A DNA stretch of 21,163 nt, from assembly GCA_047495785.1 (NCBI GenBank), contig JBLDXI010000127.1, positions 1 to 21,163 of the forward strand, read 5' to 3'. This DNA comes from Lepidodermella squamata (lineage: Eukaryota > Animalia > Gastrotricha). Position numbers and translations under genes: made by a program. Of the stretch, positions 21,077 to 21,163 are shown one piece after another. The notes under the pieces are model-generated. The model was not told where the DNA came from and did not search any database. It was given only the letters and a program-made list of their open reading frames with translations. How positions within the stretch are numbered: position 1 is the stretch's first letter; every line of letters starts with the position of its first letter.

Positions 21077-21163
21077 ATGCCTCACGTAACTGCTGATATG
21101 ATGAGCCTATCGAGCTCTACTGATGGTGATGAAGAAGCAAAGCGAAAGGAAGGTGAAAAGTTT
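21077..21163 (+). CDS. 5' start of the four-TM protein, right-arm copy (runs off window)
   Basis: Reads MPHVTADMMSLSSSTDGDEEAKRKEGEKF; mirror of 3996-3910. Confidence 0.75.
   Translation, partial: MPHVTADMMSLSSSTDGDEEAKRKEGEKF

Larger units (their letters stand above)
12963..21163. repeat. Right arm of giant inverted repeat (runs to window edge)
   Basis: Reverse complement of 3910-12112; it still matches the left arm at the last base of the window. Confidence 0.98.

Noticed and set aside
3910-21163. Arms as terminal inverted repeats of a giant transposon or virus
   Set aside because: The arms contain ordinary intron-rich host genes and the spacer has no transposase, integrase or viral gene.

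Overview
This is compact animal (invertebrate-type) genomic DNA with dense genes and spliceosomal introns of about 50 bp. The dominant structure is a giant palindrome: 3910-12112 is the near-perfect reverse complement of 12963-21163 (the right arm runs off the window), around an 850-bp unique spacer. Each arm carries the start or whole of a 4-TM protein gene, a small secreted 10-Cys peptide gene, a rhodopsin-class peptide GPCR, and two tandem modular LDLa-repeat serine proteases (SP1: Sushi + 5 LDLa + protease; SP2: 6 LDLa + protease). The spacer holds the true last exon of SP2 and the 5' part of a second GPCR, cut in TM4 at a fold-back junction with short inverted microhomology. The left SP2 copy is truncated and has six indels in its last ~310 bp. 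This fits either a real fold-back inverted duplication or, in my view at least as likely, an amplification/long-read chimera. Left of the palindrome are the 3' end of an ankyrin-repeat gene, a 192-bp hairpin and a possible small membrane-protein gene. All exon models were derived by hand.
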